The notes: generated by a model from the letters alone, not told the origin. A DNA stretch of 64,000 nucleotides from an uncultured Desulfobacteraceae bacterium (GCA_964478625.1 CAYZJH010000012.1:8087-72086); one strand, 5' to 3'. Positions 1 through 9,166 are shown, numbered from the stretch's first letter. Program-made: numbers and translations.

Positions 1-1
1 T

Positions 2-1621
2 TATCAGTGCGAACAGACGGCTAAAGGTGAAGGGTGCACCAAGATCGGCGTATGTGGGAAATCCCATGAAGTGGCCACTCTTCAGGATCTTTTAATCTAT
101 GCGCTCAAAGGGCTTTCCCAGTATGCGGCAGAGGGGAGAAAAGTCGGCGTGGTGGATTCCGAAATCAACCGATTTACCTGTGAGGCAACTTTTTCCACAC
201 TGACCAATGTGGACTTTGATCCTGACAGATTTGTTGAATTGATCAACAAGACGGTCAGTCTGCGGGAAGGTCTTGCAGCCAAGGTCAAAGCAGCCGGCGG
301 AAAAACGGATTTCGGCGATGGCCCCGCAGTGTTTAAGCCTGCCGATACTCAAGAGGCCATGATTGCTCAAGGAGAAAAAGTCGGGGTCAAATCGGATCCG
401 AGTATTGATCCGGATGTCCATTCGCTTCAGCAAACAATTATTTATGGCATTAAAGGTATTTCCGCCTATGCGGACCACGCCCAGATTCTCGGCCAGGAGG
501 ATGACAAGGTTTATGCGTTCATTCACGAAGGCCTGGCGGCCACCCTGGATAAAAATCTAGGGGTCAATGACCTGGTCGGGCTTGCATTGAAATGTGGAGA
601 AATCAACCTTCGGGCCATGGAACTCCTGGATGCCGGCAACACGGGCAAATACGGAAATCCCGTACCCACCAAGGTTCCTTTAGGGCCTAAAAAAGGCAAA
701 GCCATTTGTGTATCCGGGCACGACCTGAAAGACCTGGAAGAGATCCTGAAACAGACAGAAGGCACCGGAATCAATGTCTACACCCATGGAGAGATGCTTC
801 CGTGCCACGGATATCCGAAACTCAAAAAATATCCGCACTTTTACGGTCACTACGGTACTGCCTGGCAGAATCAAAAGAAAGAATTTTCCGATTTTCCGGG
901 GGCAATCCTTATGACCACCAACTGTATCCAAAAACCCCAGAATCTTTATCATGACAATATTTTCACCACTGGGCTTGTGGGATGGCCGGGGGTGAAACAT
1001 ATTGCGGATAAAAATTTCAAACCCGTCATTGATAAAGCGCTGGAGCTTCCGGGGTTTACCGAAGACAAACCCGGGAAATCGGTGATGGTGGGGTTTGGCC
1101 ATGATGCAATTCTGGGTGTTGCCGACAAGGTGATTGATGCCGTGAAAAACAAACAGCTTCGCCACTTTTTCCTGGTGGGCGGCTGTGACGGGGCCAAACC
1201 AGGTCGAAGCTATTATACCGAATTTGTGGAAAAGGTACCCAAAGACTGTGTGGTGCTGACACTGGCATGCGGCAAGTTTCGCTTTTTTGACAAGGACCTG
1301 GGGGATATCGGCGGTATTCCAAGGCTTCTGGATGTCGGACAGTGCAATGACGCCTATTCGGCTATTCAGGTCGCTTCCGCTCTGGCAAAGGCTTTTGACT
1401 GCGGTGTAAACGATCTTCCTTTGTCCATGATTCTGTCCTGGTACGAACAGAAAGCCTGCGCCATTTTGCTCACCCTCTTTTATCTGGGAATCAAGGATAT
1501 TCGCCTTGGGCCGAGCCTTCCGGCCTTTATCACCCCCAATGTGTTAAAAGTGCTGGTGGACAATTTCAATGTCATGCCCGTTTCCACCCCTGATGAGGAT
1601 CTGAAAGCAATCCTCGGATAA
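2..1621 (+). CDS. hcp: Hybrid-cluster protein / hydroxylamine reductase, 5' end cut by the window edge
   Basis: The frame is open from nt 2 (YQCEQTAKGEGCTKIGVCGK, the N-terminal Cys motif of Hcp) into listed ORF 71..1621. Typical Hcp blocks are present: NCIQKP, FFLVGGCDG, LACGKFRF, GQCNDAYSA. Confidence 0.95.
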   Translation, partial: YQCEQTAKGEGCTKIGVCGKSHEVATLQDLLIYALKGLSQYAAEGRKVGVVDSEINRFTCEATFSTLTNVDFDPDRFVELINKTVSLREGLAAKVKAAGGKTDFGDGPAVFKPADTQEAMIAQGEKVGVKSDPSIDPDVHSLQQTIIYGIKGISAYADHAQILGQEDDKVYAFIHEGLAATLDKNLGVNDLVGLALKCGEINLRAMELLDAGNTGKYGNPVPTKVPLGPKKGKAICVSGHDLKDLEEILKQTEGTGINVYTHGEMLPCHGYPKLKKYPHFYGHYGTAWQNQKKEFSDFPGAILMTTNCIQKPQNLYHDNIFTTGLVGWPGVKHIADKNFKPVIDKALELPGFTEDKPGKSVMVGFGHDAILGVADKVIDAVKNKQLRHFFLVGGCDGAKPGRSYYTEFVEKVPKDCVVLTLACGKFRFFDKDLGDIGGIPRLLDVGQCNDAYSAIQVASALAKAFDCGVNDLPLSMILSWYEQKACAILLTLFYLGIKDIRLGPSLPAFITPNVLKVLVDNFNVMPVSTPDEDLKAILG

Positions 1622-1635
1622 GAAACCATGGAAAG

Positions 1636-1692
1636 GGAAACTTGAAACTTCTCCAGATGATTCATATGCTTTGACTGAAGTTTCAAGTTTCC
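1636..1692 (+). promoter_or_regulatory. Perfect 16-bp inverted repeat between hcp and the next gene (intercistronic stem-loop or palindromic operator)
   Basis: Arms GGAAACTTGAAACTTC (1636-1651) and GAAGTTTCAAGTTTCC (1677-1692) with a 25-nt spacer. There is no U-tract, so it is not a classic intrinsic terminator. Confidence 0.5.
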
Positions 1693-1713
1693 AAAATTCA
1701 GGAGGTATACAGC

Positions 1714-2439
1714 ATGAAATGCCCAGGACAAGACAGCCGGTATTGGAAACCGGGGGCTATTTTCGATACAAAATGTCCTCAGTGCGGAGAAGTGGTGGAA
1801 TTTTTCAAAGATGACACCACCCGAAAGTGCAACCATTGCGGCCACCGGTTTGTGAATCCTCAGATGGATTTCGGATGTGCGGCCTACTGCCAGTATGCAG
1901 AACAATGCATCGGGGATCTTCCACCGGAAGTGGCATCCCAGAGGGAGGATTTTTTAAAAGACAAGGTGGCCATAGAGATGAAACGCTATTTCAAGCGCGA
2001 TTTTAAACGTATCGGCCACGCCACCCGGGTTGCCCGGTATGCCGAACGAATCGGTAAAGCGGAACAGGGCAATATGGCCGTGATTCTGACATCCGCTTAT
2101 CTGCATGATATCGGAATTCCCGAGGCTGAAAAAAAATACAACAGTGCCTCGCCCAAATATCAGCATATTGAGGGGCCGCCGGTAGCGCGATCCATCCTGG
2201 AAAAGCTGGGGGCCAATGAAAAGCTGATCCAGGAAGTGTGTGACCTGATCGGACATCATCACTGGCCCCGTGAGGAAGAGACCATCAATTTCAAGGTTCT
2301 CTATGATGCGGATCTTATCGCCAACCTGGAGGAGAAGCAAAAAGAAAGTCCCATGGAAAAGGAACGCCTGGAGAAAATTATCGAAAAATCATTTTTGACT
2401 GAAAGCGGCCGGAAAGAGGCTCAAAAAGTGCTGTGTTGA
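1714..2439 (+). CDS. HD-domain phosphohydrolase with N-terminal Cys4 zinc-ribbon
   Basis: N-terminus has CPxxD..CPQCG..CNHCG. HD motifs are GHATRVARYAERIG and AYLHDIG, plus a later GHHHW. RBS AGGAGG lies 8 nt upstream. Confidence 0.8.
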   Translation: MKCPGQDSRYWKPGAIFDTKCPQCGEVVEFFKDDTTRKCNHCGHRFVNPQMDFGCAAYCQYAEQCIGDLPPEVASQREDFLKDKVAIEMKRYFKRDFKRIGHATRVARYAERIGKAEQGNMAVILTSAYLHDIGIPEAEKKYNSASPKYQHIEGPPVARSILEKLGANEKLIQEVCDLIGHHHWPREEETINFKVLYDADLIANLEEKQKESPMEKERLEKIIEKSFLTESGRKEAQKVLC

Positions 2440-2481
2440 ATTAAATACCCTGCGTGTCAGGTCCAAACCGGCAAATAACCG

Positions 2482-2569
2482 CTCCCCCCTTTGAAAGGAG
2501 GCCGGGTGGGATTTGACAACCTGATACCATTTTAAAAATCCCCCTAAATGCCCCTTTTTCAAAGGGGGA
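2482..2569. repeat. Pair of C5/G5 hairpin repeats (CTCCCCCCTTTGAAAGGAGG; CCCCTTTTTCAAAGGGG)
   Basis: Read directly. The same type of unit recurs at 3411-3468 on the other side of the ferredoxin-like gene. Confidence 0.6.
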
Positions 2570-2605
2570 CTTGTGGGAAGTTAGCTAATAAGCAGCAGAG
2601 GTGAA

Positions 2606-3358
2606 ATGATGAAAGTGATTCGTAAAATAGTGGAAATCGATGAAGAACTCTGTGATGGTTGCGGCAATTGTGTTCCGGCTTGTGCAGAAGGGGCACTGGT
2701 GGTTGAAAACGGAAAAGCCCGGGTGGTCAAGGATCAATTCTGCGACGGCCTGGGTGCTTGCCTTGGAGACTGCCCCACCGGCGCTCTTCGCATTGTTGAG
2801 CGGGAAGCCGACGAGTTTGATGAGGAAGCGGTTGAAGAGTACCTTGCCGACAGGGAAAAAGGACGGCATGAGGGCGAATTTATTCATACAGGGTGCCCGT
2901 CAGCCCGGATCCAGACATTCGATACGGGCAAGACCCGGGAAAATCATGGTGGTTTCAAACCAAGCCCCGAAAGCGAATCCCTGCTGTCCAACTGGCCGGT
3001 TCAAATCATGCTGGTACCACCCAATGCACCCTTTTTAAAAGGAGCGGACCTTCTGGTGGTAGCCGATTGTGTGCCTGTTGCCTATCGGAATTTCCATCAG
3101 GATTTTCTCCAGGGCAAGGCGGTCATGATGGGATGTCCCAAGCTGGATAACGCCCAGGCATATATCGACAAATTCGCACAGATCTGCCAGGTTGCGGGGC
3201 TTAAAAGCATTACTTCCTTAATCATGGAAGTTCCCTGCTGCTCGGCTCTTCCCATGATCGTCCGAAAGGGACTTGAAAAAGCCGGCAGAAAAATTCCCAT
3301 GGAAGAAGTGGTTATCGGCACCAGGGGACAGATTATTGAACGCCGTCAGGTGGTGTAA
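2606..3358 (+). CDS. 4Fe-4S dicluster ferredoxin-domain protein (the type often adjacent to hcp)
   Basis: N-terminus has CDGCGNCVPAC and CDGLGACLGDCP (two CxxCxxCxxxCP-like motifs). The conserved C-terminal domain contains PCCS. Confidence 0.8.
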   Translation: MMKVIRKIVEIDEELCDGCGNCVPACAEGALVVENGKARVVKDQFCDGLGACLGDCPTGALRIVEREADEFDEEAVEEYLADREKGRHEGEFIHTGCPSARIQTFDTGKTRENHGGFKPSPESESLLSNWPVQIMLVPPNAPFLKGADLLVVADCVPVAYRNFHQDFLQGKAVMMGCPKLDNAQAYIDKFAQICQVAGLKSITSLIMEVPCCSALPMIVRKGLEKAGRKIPMEEVVIGTRGQIIERRQVV

Positions 3359-3410
3359 CTGTCATTTGTGGAATTCTTCCGACCGATGAAACCGTTTTGG
3401 GATCTTTAAC

Positions 3411-3468
3411 CTCCCCCGTAGAAAAAGAGGGATGGATCCTTAAATACTCCCCCTTAGAAAAAGGGGGA
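3411..3468. repeat. Pair of C5/G5 hairpin repeats (CTCCCCCGTAGAAAAAGAGGGA; TCCCCCTTAGAAAAAGGGGGA)
   Basis: The second unit has an 8-bp perfect stem (3448-3455 / 3461-3468). It belongs to the same family as 2482-2569. Confidence 0.6.
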
Positions 3469-3516
3469 TTCAGGGCATTGGCGTCAAATTAAGTCAGTGA
3501 CAAGGTATTCAGGACT

Positions 3517-3749
3517 GTCATTTTGAGGAGGCCGACATCATGCTCGGTTATTTGGCACGCGCCCAGTGGCCGACGAATAATCTTTCTTCCAGCCAGGGCA
3601 GTATTTCTTTTATCAACTCCAGGTCGGATCTCATGACCGGTCCGGGCTTGGAAACAGAGATTCTTCGGTCGCCGTGGTTTCAATCCATTTCATAGGAAAT
3701 ATTGTCTTTTCAAGCATCGAGCCGTTGCGGGTCGCTCCCTCAGAATGAC
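3517..3749 (-). mobile_element. MITE-like element, family 1, copy A (about 233 bp, imperfect 16-nt terminal inverted repeats)
   Basis: The reverse complement aligns along its length with copies at 5751-5984 and 31193-31429. Ends are GTCATTCTGAGGGAGC ... GGCCTCCTCAAAATGAC. Confidence 0.7.
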
Positions 3750-3842
3750 AGCGCGGCAGCTAATATCCCACGTTGATTTTTCCTTGTACATCATTTGCAT
3801 TCAGCAATAAAATCATATATTCTCACTGTCGGAAAGAAGAGG

Positions 3843-5744
3843 ATGATGAGAATATTTCAAATGGTTAAAAAGATGGATTTATTGTCCGGCAAGGGATGGA
3901 GAAAGCGGATTGAAACCCTTGATGAGGCTTTTGAGGATATCGAGCCGGGGATGAGTATCTTTTTGGGGACAGGCGGCGGTGAGCCCAGAACCCTGGTAAA
4001 ACATATCCTGAATTCAGAAGCCCCGAATCTGAGGGATCTGGAACTGATCCAGCTGCTGAGTTTCGGAGATGCAATTACCGGCGAAGAAAACCCGTCACGT
4101 TTGGCCCATAAATTCCGGTTAAAAACCTTTTTTTCAGGGTGGGTTGCCAGTGAAGCCATTACCGAAGGCCGCGCCGATCTCATTCCCTGCCGCTTTTCAC
4201 GAATACACGAGTTGATCCGGTCTGAAAGAATTCATATCGATGCTGTTTTTATCCAGGTGACTCCCCCCAACGAAGAGGGCTATTGCAGTCTCGGTGTTGC
4301 GGTGGATGTAGCGCGTTACGCCATGGACCAGGCAGGTGTTGTGATCGGTGAAATTAATCCGGCTACTCCCTTTACTTTCGGGGATACGTTTGTTCATATC
4401 GATGAATTCGATCACGTGGTGAAAGCAACCGAGGATCCCATCTATCTCGACCGTTGGCCAGTGGATCCCGTTCAGGAAAAAGTGGCTGAAAATGTGGCCT
4501 CAAGAATTGAGGATGGCAGTTGTATCTCCTTTTTTACAGGCCCTGTTTTTGAAGCCCTTGGCAAACGTCTGGTCGGGAAAAGACATCTGGGAATCCACAC
4601 CCCGGTTTTTACGGATGCCCTGATGGAACTGGTGAAAAGCGGAGCGGTGAGCAATCGAAAAAAATCTATTTTTCGGGGCAAATCCCTCACCTCGTATGCG
4701 GTCGGGTCCAAAAAACTCTTTAAATGGCTGGATCGAAACCCTTTGGTGGAGTTTCAGGGGATCGAAAGAGTCTCCAATCCGATTCATATCGGTCGAAATC
4801 CAGATTTTGTCGCACTGATTCCTGCCAGAAAAGTCGATTTGACAGGCCGGGTCGCCCTGCATACCGGCAGGGGTAATGTTGCCGCCGGTCCAGGTGAGGC
4901 TATGAACCTGGTCAACGGTGCCGAACTGTCCCGAGGTGGCATCACGATCTTTGCCTTGACCAGCAGGAATCTCAGGGGCGAATCCAACATCCTGATCGAT
5001 GTTGAAGGGTACCCTAATCTCTTTACTTTAAGGGAATCCGTGGATATCGTCATCACCGAATACGGTTCGGCTGAGCTAAATGGAAGAACCATTCGTGAAC
5101 GAGCACAAGCGCTTATTGAAATCGCCCATCCTGATGATCGGGCCCAATTGCTGGAAAAGGCCAAAGCCGCCAAAATCATCTACCAGGACCAGATTTTCCT
5201 TCCTGAAAGTGCACATCTTTATCCCTCCAATATTGCCATATCCCATGTTTTCGAAAAGGATCTGAAAGTCAGGTTCAGGGCCATAAGACCTTCTGATGAA
5301 GAAGGGATGCGAAGGCTTTTTTACCGCTCCTCTGATGAGGCTGTTTACACCAGATATTTTTCTCCCATCAAGACCATGCCTCATTCCCGCATGCAGGAAT
5401 ATGTCAATATTGATTATGCAGACACCCTTTCCATCGTGGGACTGATCGGAGAACCTGGAAAGGGAAAAATAATTGCCGAAGCCCGCTTTGTCAGAAAAAA
5501 CAACCGATCATTTGCTGATGTCGCTTTTATGGTAGACGAAAATTATCAAAACCTTGGAATAGCCGGTTTTATGTACAAAACTCTGGTCCGCCTGGCCAGG
5601 GAACGCGGAATAAAAGGTTTCACCGCCAATGTCCTGGCATCCAATAAAGCCATGCTTAAGGTTTTTGAAAAAGGCGGCCATATTGTCAATTTTGGATTTG
5701 AGGAAGGGGTGTATAATTTGAAAATCCCGTTCGAGGAACGATAA
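3843..5744 (+). CDS. Acetyl-CoA hydrolase/transferase family protein fused to a C-terminal GNAT acetyltransferase domain
   Basis: It lies in ORF 3795..5744. ATG 3843 follows GAAGAGG. The N-terminal part has GTGGGEPRTL and EINP..P.TFGDT blocks. The C-terminal 190 aa is GNAT-like (VDENYQNLGIAGFMYKTLVRLARERGIKGF). Confidence 0.8.
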   Translation: MMRIFQMVKKMDLLSGKGWRKRIETLDEAFEDIEPGMSIFLGTGGGEPRTLVKHILNSEAPNLRDLELIQLLSFGDAITGEENPSRLAHKFRLKTFFSGWVASEAITEGRADLIPCRFSRIHELIRSERIHIDAVFIQVTPPNEEGYCSLGVAVDVARYAMDQAGVVIGEINPATPFTFGDTFVHIDEFDHVVKATEDPIYLDRWPVDPVQEKVAENVASRIEDGSCISFFTGPVFEALGKRLVGKRHLGIHTPVFTDALMELVKSGAVSNRKKSIFRGKSLTSYAVGSKKLFKWLDRNPLVEFQGIERVSNPIHIGRNPDFVALIPARKVDLTGRVALHTGRGNVAAGPGEAMNLVNGAELSRGGITIFALTSRNLRGESNILIDVEGYPNLFTLRESVDIVITEYGSAELNGRTIRERAQALIEIAHPDDRAQLLEKAKAAKIIYQDQIFLPESAHLYPSNIAISHVFEKDLKVRFRAIRPSDEEGMRRLFYRSSDEAVYTRYFSPIKTMPHSRMQEYVNIDYADTLSIVGLIGEPGKGKIIAEARFVRKNNRSFADVAFMVDENYQNLGIAGFMYKTLVRLARERGIKGFTANVLASNKAMLKVFEKGGHIVNFGFEEGVYNLKIPFEER

Positions 5745-5750
5745 CTTTTC

Positions 5751-5984
5751 TCATTCTGAGGGAGCATGTCGCAACGGACCATAGCCTGTAGGGACAATAC
5801 AATCCAAAATGTCGCCGGACACTGGTGCGACCGACGAATCTATCGTCCCAAAGCTGGACCAAACTATCAGATCTCACCTGGAATTGAAACAGGAGAGGCG
5901 CTGCCTCCGTGAAGGAAAGATTCTTCGTCGGCCATTGAGTACGCGCCATATACTCATTTACCATGTTGGCATCCTCATAATGAC
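5751..5984 (+). mobile_element. MITE-like element, family 1, copy B (most diverged copy)
   Basis: It starts 6 nt after the stop codon of the preceding gene. Ends are TCATTCTGAGGGAGC ... ATCCTCATAATGAC. Internal blocks are shared with copies A and C. Confidence 0.65.
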
Positions 5985-6024
5985 ATTTTTGAAAACCTTG
6001 TCATTTCATTAACTTGATACCAAT

Positions 6025-6076
6025 GGGCTTTCGCCGGAATGACGGGTGGTTGCCGTCTTAATCGCTCAGTTTAGGA
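6025..6076 (+). repeat. Family-2 repeat core (GGCTTTCGCCGGAATGACGGGTGGTTGCCGTCTTAATCGCTCAGTTTAGGA)
   Basis: A near-identical copy lies at 58144-58196, sharing a 29-nt identical core (GGAATGACGGGTGGTTGCCGTCTTAATC). A partial inverted copy lies at 31087-31130. Confidence 0.7.
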
Positions 6077-6102
6077 TTCTTTATGATAAAAGGAAATAAC
6101 AC

Positions 6103-7293
6103 TTGGAAACTTCCCTGATCAGAGCCGAAGTTGATTTGGAAGCTATCGCGCATAATGTTGCCGAGCTCAGAAAAATAACCCATCCGGCAGCCAAGGTAAT
6201 GGCTGTGGTCAAAGCGGATGCTTATGGACATGGAGCGGAAAAGGTAGCCGAAGTCGCTCTTAAAAACGGAGCCGAAGTTTTGGGAGTTGCCAGAATCAAT
6301 GAGGGCATCGCTCTTCGGGAAGCCGGTTTTACGGTACCTATTCAGATTTTTGGATATACACCCCTATCCTTGGCTGAAAATCTTATCCGGTATGCCTTGA
6401 CACAAACCGTATTTTCCTATCAAAGCGCCTCGGCCCTATCTGGATTAGCCATTTCAACAGGCAATAAAATCAGGATTCATATCAAGGTGGACACCGGCAT
6501 GGGAAGACTCGGCCTGGCGACCGATTGCGGAGAAATTTCATGCTCCGACCTCAGTCTGACCCAAGGCTCTCTGAAACAGGTCGAATCCATTTTCATGCTT
6601 CGAGGCATTATCCCTGAAGGCATCATGACTCATTTTTCCTCGGCGGACAGCCTGGATAAAAGTTATGCACGGAAACAGTTTTCAATATTTCTCGATTTCA
6701 TGGATCAATTAAAAAAAAGAGGCATCGAATTCGGCGTTCGCCATGCAGCCAATAGTGCTGCCGTCATGGAGATGCCTGAAACCCACCTGGATCTTGTTCG
6801 TCCGGGAATTTCCATTTATGGCCTGTATCCATCGGATGAAGTTGACAGAACCATCATCCGCTTGAAGCCCGCGATGAGCCTTAAGACGTGTGTGGTGCAT
6901 GTTAAAAAAATTCCCGAAGGATTTTCCGTCAGCTATTCCAGAACTTTTCAAACCCGAAAAAATACCACTGTGGCTACGGTGTCGGCAGGATATGCCGATG
7001 GCTACAACCGTCTTTTATCTTCTTGCGGGTCCATGCTGGTTCATGGAAAACGGGCGCCGGTTATCGGAAGAGTCTGCATGGACCTAACCATGCTGGATGT
7101 AAGCCATATTCCAGGTGTGGCCGTCGGAGACGAGGCGGTTGTTTTTGGCGCGCAAAATGATGAGTATCTCCATGTGGATGAAATGGCGAAAATGCTCAAC
7201 ACCATCAATTATGAGATCCTAACCGGCATCACAGCCCGTGTACCCAGGATTTACAAGGGCTCCCCCCAGGCTCATCAGCTACACCAGAGGTAA
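6103..7293 (+). CDS. alr: Alanine racemase
   Basis: VVKADAYGHG carries the PLP-lysine motif, and the C-terminal block is GRVCMD. The TTG start lies 8 nt after AAGGA. Confidence 0.9.
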   Translation: METSLIRAEVDLEAIAHNVAELRKITHPAAKVMAVVKADAYGHGAEKVAEVALKNGAEVLGVARINEGIALREAGFTVPIQIFGYTPLSLAENLIRYALTQTVFSYQSASALSGLAISTGNKIRIHIKVDTGMGRLGLATDCGEISCSDLSLTQGSLKQVESIFMLRGIIPEGIMTHFSSADSLDKSYARKQFSIFLDFMDQLKKRGIEFGVRHAANSAAVMEMPETHLDLVRPGISIYGLYPSDEVDRTIIRLKPAMSLKTCVVHVKKIPEGFSVSYSRTFQTRKNTTVATVSAGYADGYNRLLSSCGSMLVHGKRAPVIGRVCMDLTMLDVSHIPGVAVGDEAVVFGAQNDEYLHVDEMAKMLNTINYEILTGITARVPRIYKGSPQAHQLHQR

Positions 7294-7385
7294 AGAGGTG
7301 GAAAACCCTGCTTTTCCATACAGCAAAAGCCGGGGCTCTAAACTTCTTTTGGCCGGGAATTCATCTTCTTAACTGTCGAGATTCA

Positions 7386-8687
7386 TTACCCGTTGCTGTC
7401 CGGTTTTAAGACCAGAAAATAAAGGTTGCCGGGATGCTGTAGGTGGCCTGCGGCAACTTCGGCATATTCCCCGTTTCCCCAGAACAGGTCGGCTCGTCCG
7501 GGTCCGCGGATAGCCCCGCCCGTATCCTGGTTTAAACCAAACCTGGAAAAATCGGACCATCGGATAATTTTCTGATCAGGGTCCAGGAAAGGTTTCTGGG
7601 TTTCAATAAAGGCCAAGGCGGCATCCGGAAAAATTTTTCGATCCGTGGCAATGGATCTACCGGGTGTGAGTTTAACTCCCAAAGCGCCCACAGGGCCTTC
7701 AGTACCGACTTCAAAGAAAACATAGCTCGGGTTTTGGCTTAATACCGGTTTGATTTCTTCCGGATGAAGTTTCAGGTATGCCTTGATTTTCTGCATGGAC
7801 ATCTCGGATCGTTCGATTTTTCCGGCTTCGATAAGATGTTTTCCGATACTGACATAGGGCCTGCCATTGGTGGTATGATACCTTAAATTGATGGAGTAGC
7901 CTTCGGCCAGATTAACCCGGCCGGAACCCTGAACATGAAGAAAAAAAAGATCGACAATATCCTCAACAAATACCAGCGGTGTTAATGTCTTTTCAAGAAC
8001 CCGTTCAAAATCGATTTCCTTCCGGTCCCAATAAGGTACCACGGTTTTACCGGTCCATCTCCCTCTGATTTTTTCGCCATCGAATTTAGTGGAAAATGCG
8101 GATAGATCGATCGTAATTAAATCATTGGGCGGGCCATAGACCGGGTGAGGATATTTTGAGGAATGCGAAAGGCTTCCATTTAATGTAGGTTCATAGTAAC
8201 CGGTAAAAAGAACCCTGCCCGTCTCCTTACCGCCGATGGAGGCATAAACCCGGTAGTTTTCGGCGATAAACCGATCCAGGTCCGTTCTGTCAGGATTGTC
8301 TTGAACAAAATCCCTAAACCGAACCAGTGATTTTTTTAAATGAACGGCATCATAAACATCGTTACCAAAACGAAACTCCCTGCTCTCAGGAACTTTTTCA
8401 AGATACTCCAAACTTTTTGAGATTGCCGGAACCAGATCTTCAAAAAGCATGTCATCAATAAACCTGGGATATTGAGATTGAGGCAAAAGCCTCAGGACCG
8501 GTTCTTCCTCTTCAAGGATTACCGGTTTTTTTTCGGCACATCCGCCAAAGGATATGATCAGGATGCTTATGAGAAGAAGTCTCAACACCCGTTTGACTTT
8601 TTGGGATAACGGTTGAAAATAGAAAATATGGTTATTTCGGTCTTGGATGATCATCATATTATTTTTTCCGGTAGCATCAGGATTCAT
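7386..8687 (-). CDS. mltA: Membrane-bound lytic murein transglycosylase A (MltA family) lipoprotein
   Basis: MltA and 3D-domain blocks are present (FTGYYEP, FFLHVQGSG, DTGGAIRGPGRADLFWG), with a lipoprotein-like signal ending ...IISFGGC. The true start may be the internal MMIIQ at 8657. Confidence 0.85.
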   Translation of the reverse strand: MNPDATGKNNMMIIQDRNNHIFYFQPLSQKVKRVLRLLLISILIISFGGCAEKKPVILEEEEPVLRLLPQSQYPRFIDDMLFEDLVPAISKSLEYLEKVPESREFRFGNDVYDAVHLKKSLVRFRDFVQDNPDRTDLDRFIAENYRVYASIGGKETGRVLFTGYYEPTLNGSLSHSSKYPHPVYGPPNDLITIDLSAFSTKFDGEKIRGRWTGKTVVPYWDRKEIDFERVLEKTLTPLVFVEDIVDLFFLHVQGSGRVNLAEGYSINLRYHTTNGRPYVSIGKHLIEAGKIERSEMSMQKIKAYLKLHPEEIKPVLSQNPSYVFFEVGTEGPVGALGVKLTPGRSIATDRKIFPDAALAFIETQKPFLDPDQKIIRWSDFSRFGLNQDTGGAIRGPGRADLFWGNGEYAEVAAGHLQHPGNLYFLVLKPDSNG

Positions 8688-9159
8688 TTCTTACAAATAC
8701 TCCGCTTTTTCCGCCGGACTTTTCCATCAGGCAAATGTCGGAGATCACCATGGATTTGTCATAGGATTTACACATGTCGTATATGGTCAGGGCGGATACC
8801 GCAACAGCGGTCAAGGCTTCCATCTCCACACCGGTCTGTCCTCTCAATCGCACCGATGCCTCGATAATAATGGCACTTTCTTTTTGGTCCGGGAAAAAAT
8901 CGATTGCGATGTGAGTGATGTTCAAAGGATGGCACATGGGAATCAGGTCCGATGTTTTCTTTGCAGCCATAATACCGGCAATTCTTGCGGTCTCAAGAAC
9001 ATTTCCTTTTTTGATAGACTGGTTCCCGATTTTTTCAAAGGTATCCGGTGTCATGGTGATTTTTCCTTTGGCCATGGCCTTGCGGTCCGAGTAGGCCTTT
9101 TCGGTAACATCCACCATCCGTACTCTGCCTTCATTGTCGATATGGGTAAAATCATTCAT
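8677..9159 (-). CDS. moaC: Cyclic pyranopterin monophosphate synthase MoaC
   Basis: FTHIDNEGRVRMVDVTEK, TARIAGIMAAKKTSDLIPMCHPL and GVEMEALTAV are canonical MoaC blocks. I chose the start at MNDFTHID inside ORF 8677..9216. Confidence 0.9.
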   Translation of the reverse strand: MNDFTHIDNEGRVRMVDVTEKAYSDRKAMAKGKITMTPDTFEKIGNQSIKKGNVLETARIAGIMAAKKTSDLIPMCHPLNITHIAIDFFPDQKESAIIIEASVRLRGQTGVEMEALTAVAVSALTIYDMCKSYDKSMVISDICLMEKSGGKSGVFVRNES

Positions 9160-9166
9160 AAAAAAA

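Noticed and set aside
92-1322. Several 60-160-aa ORFs antisense to or out of frame with hcp (for example 92..526, 680..1165, 1056..1322).
   Set aside because: They lie entirely inside a confidently identified, motif-rich Hcp reading frame, so they are shadow ORFs. Their composition is low-complexity and Pro/Arg/Ser-rich.
3489-3683. 64-67-aa ORFs inside the family-1 MITE copies (3489..3683 minus strand, 5809..6012 plus strand, 31194..31394 minus strand) as possible element-encoded peptides.
   Set aside because: The ORF in copy C is on the opposite element strand from those in A and B. Starts are not conserved, no RBS is present, and similarity between copies is equally strong at the nucleotide level outside the ORFs.
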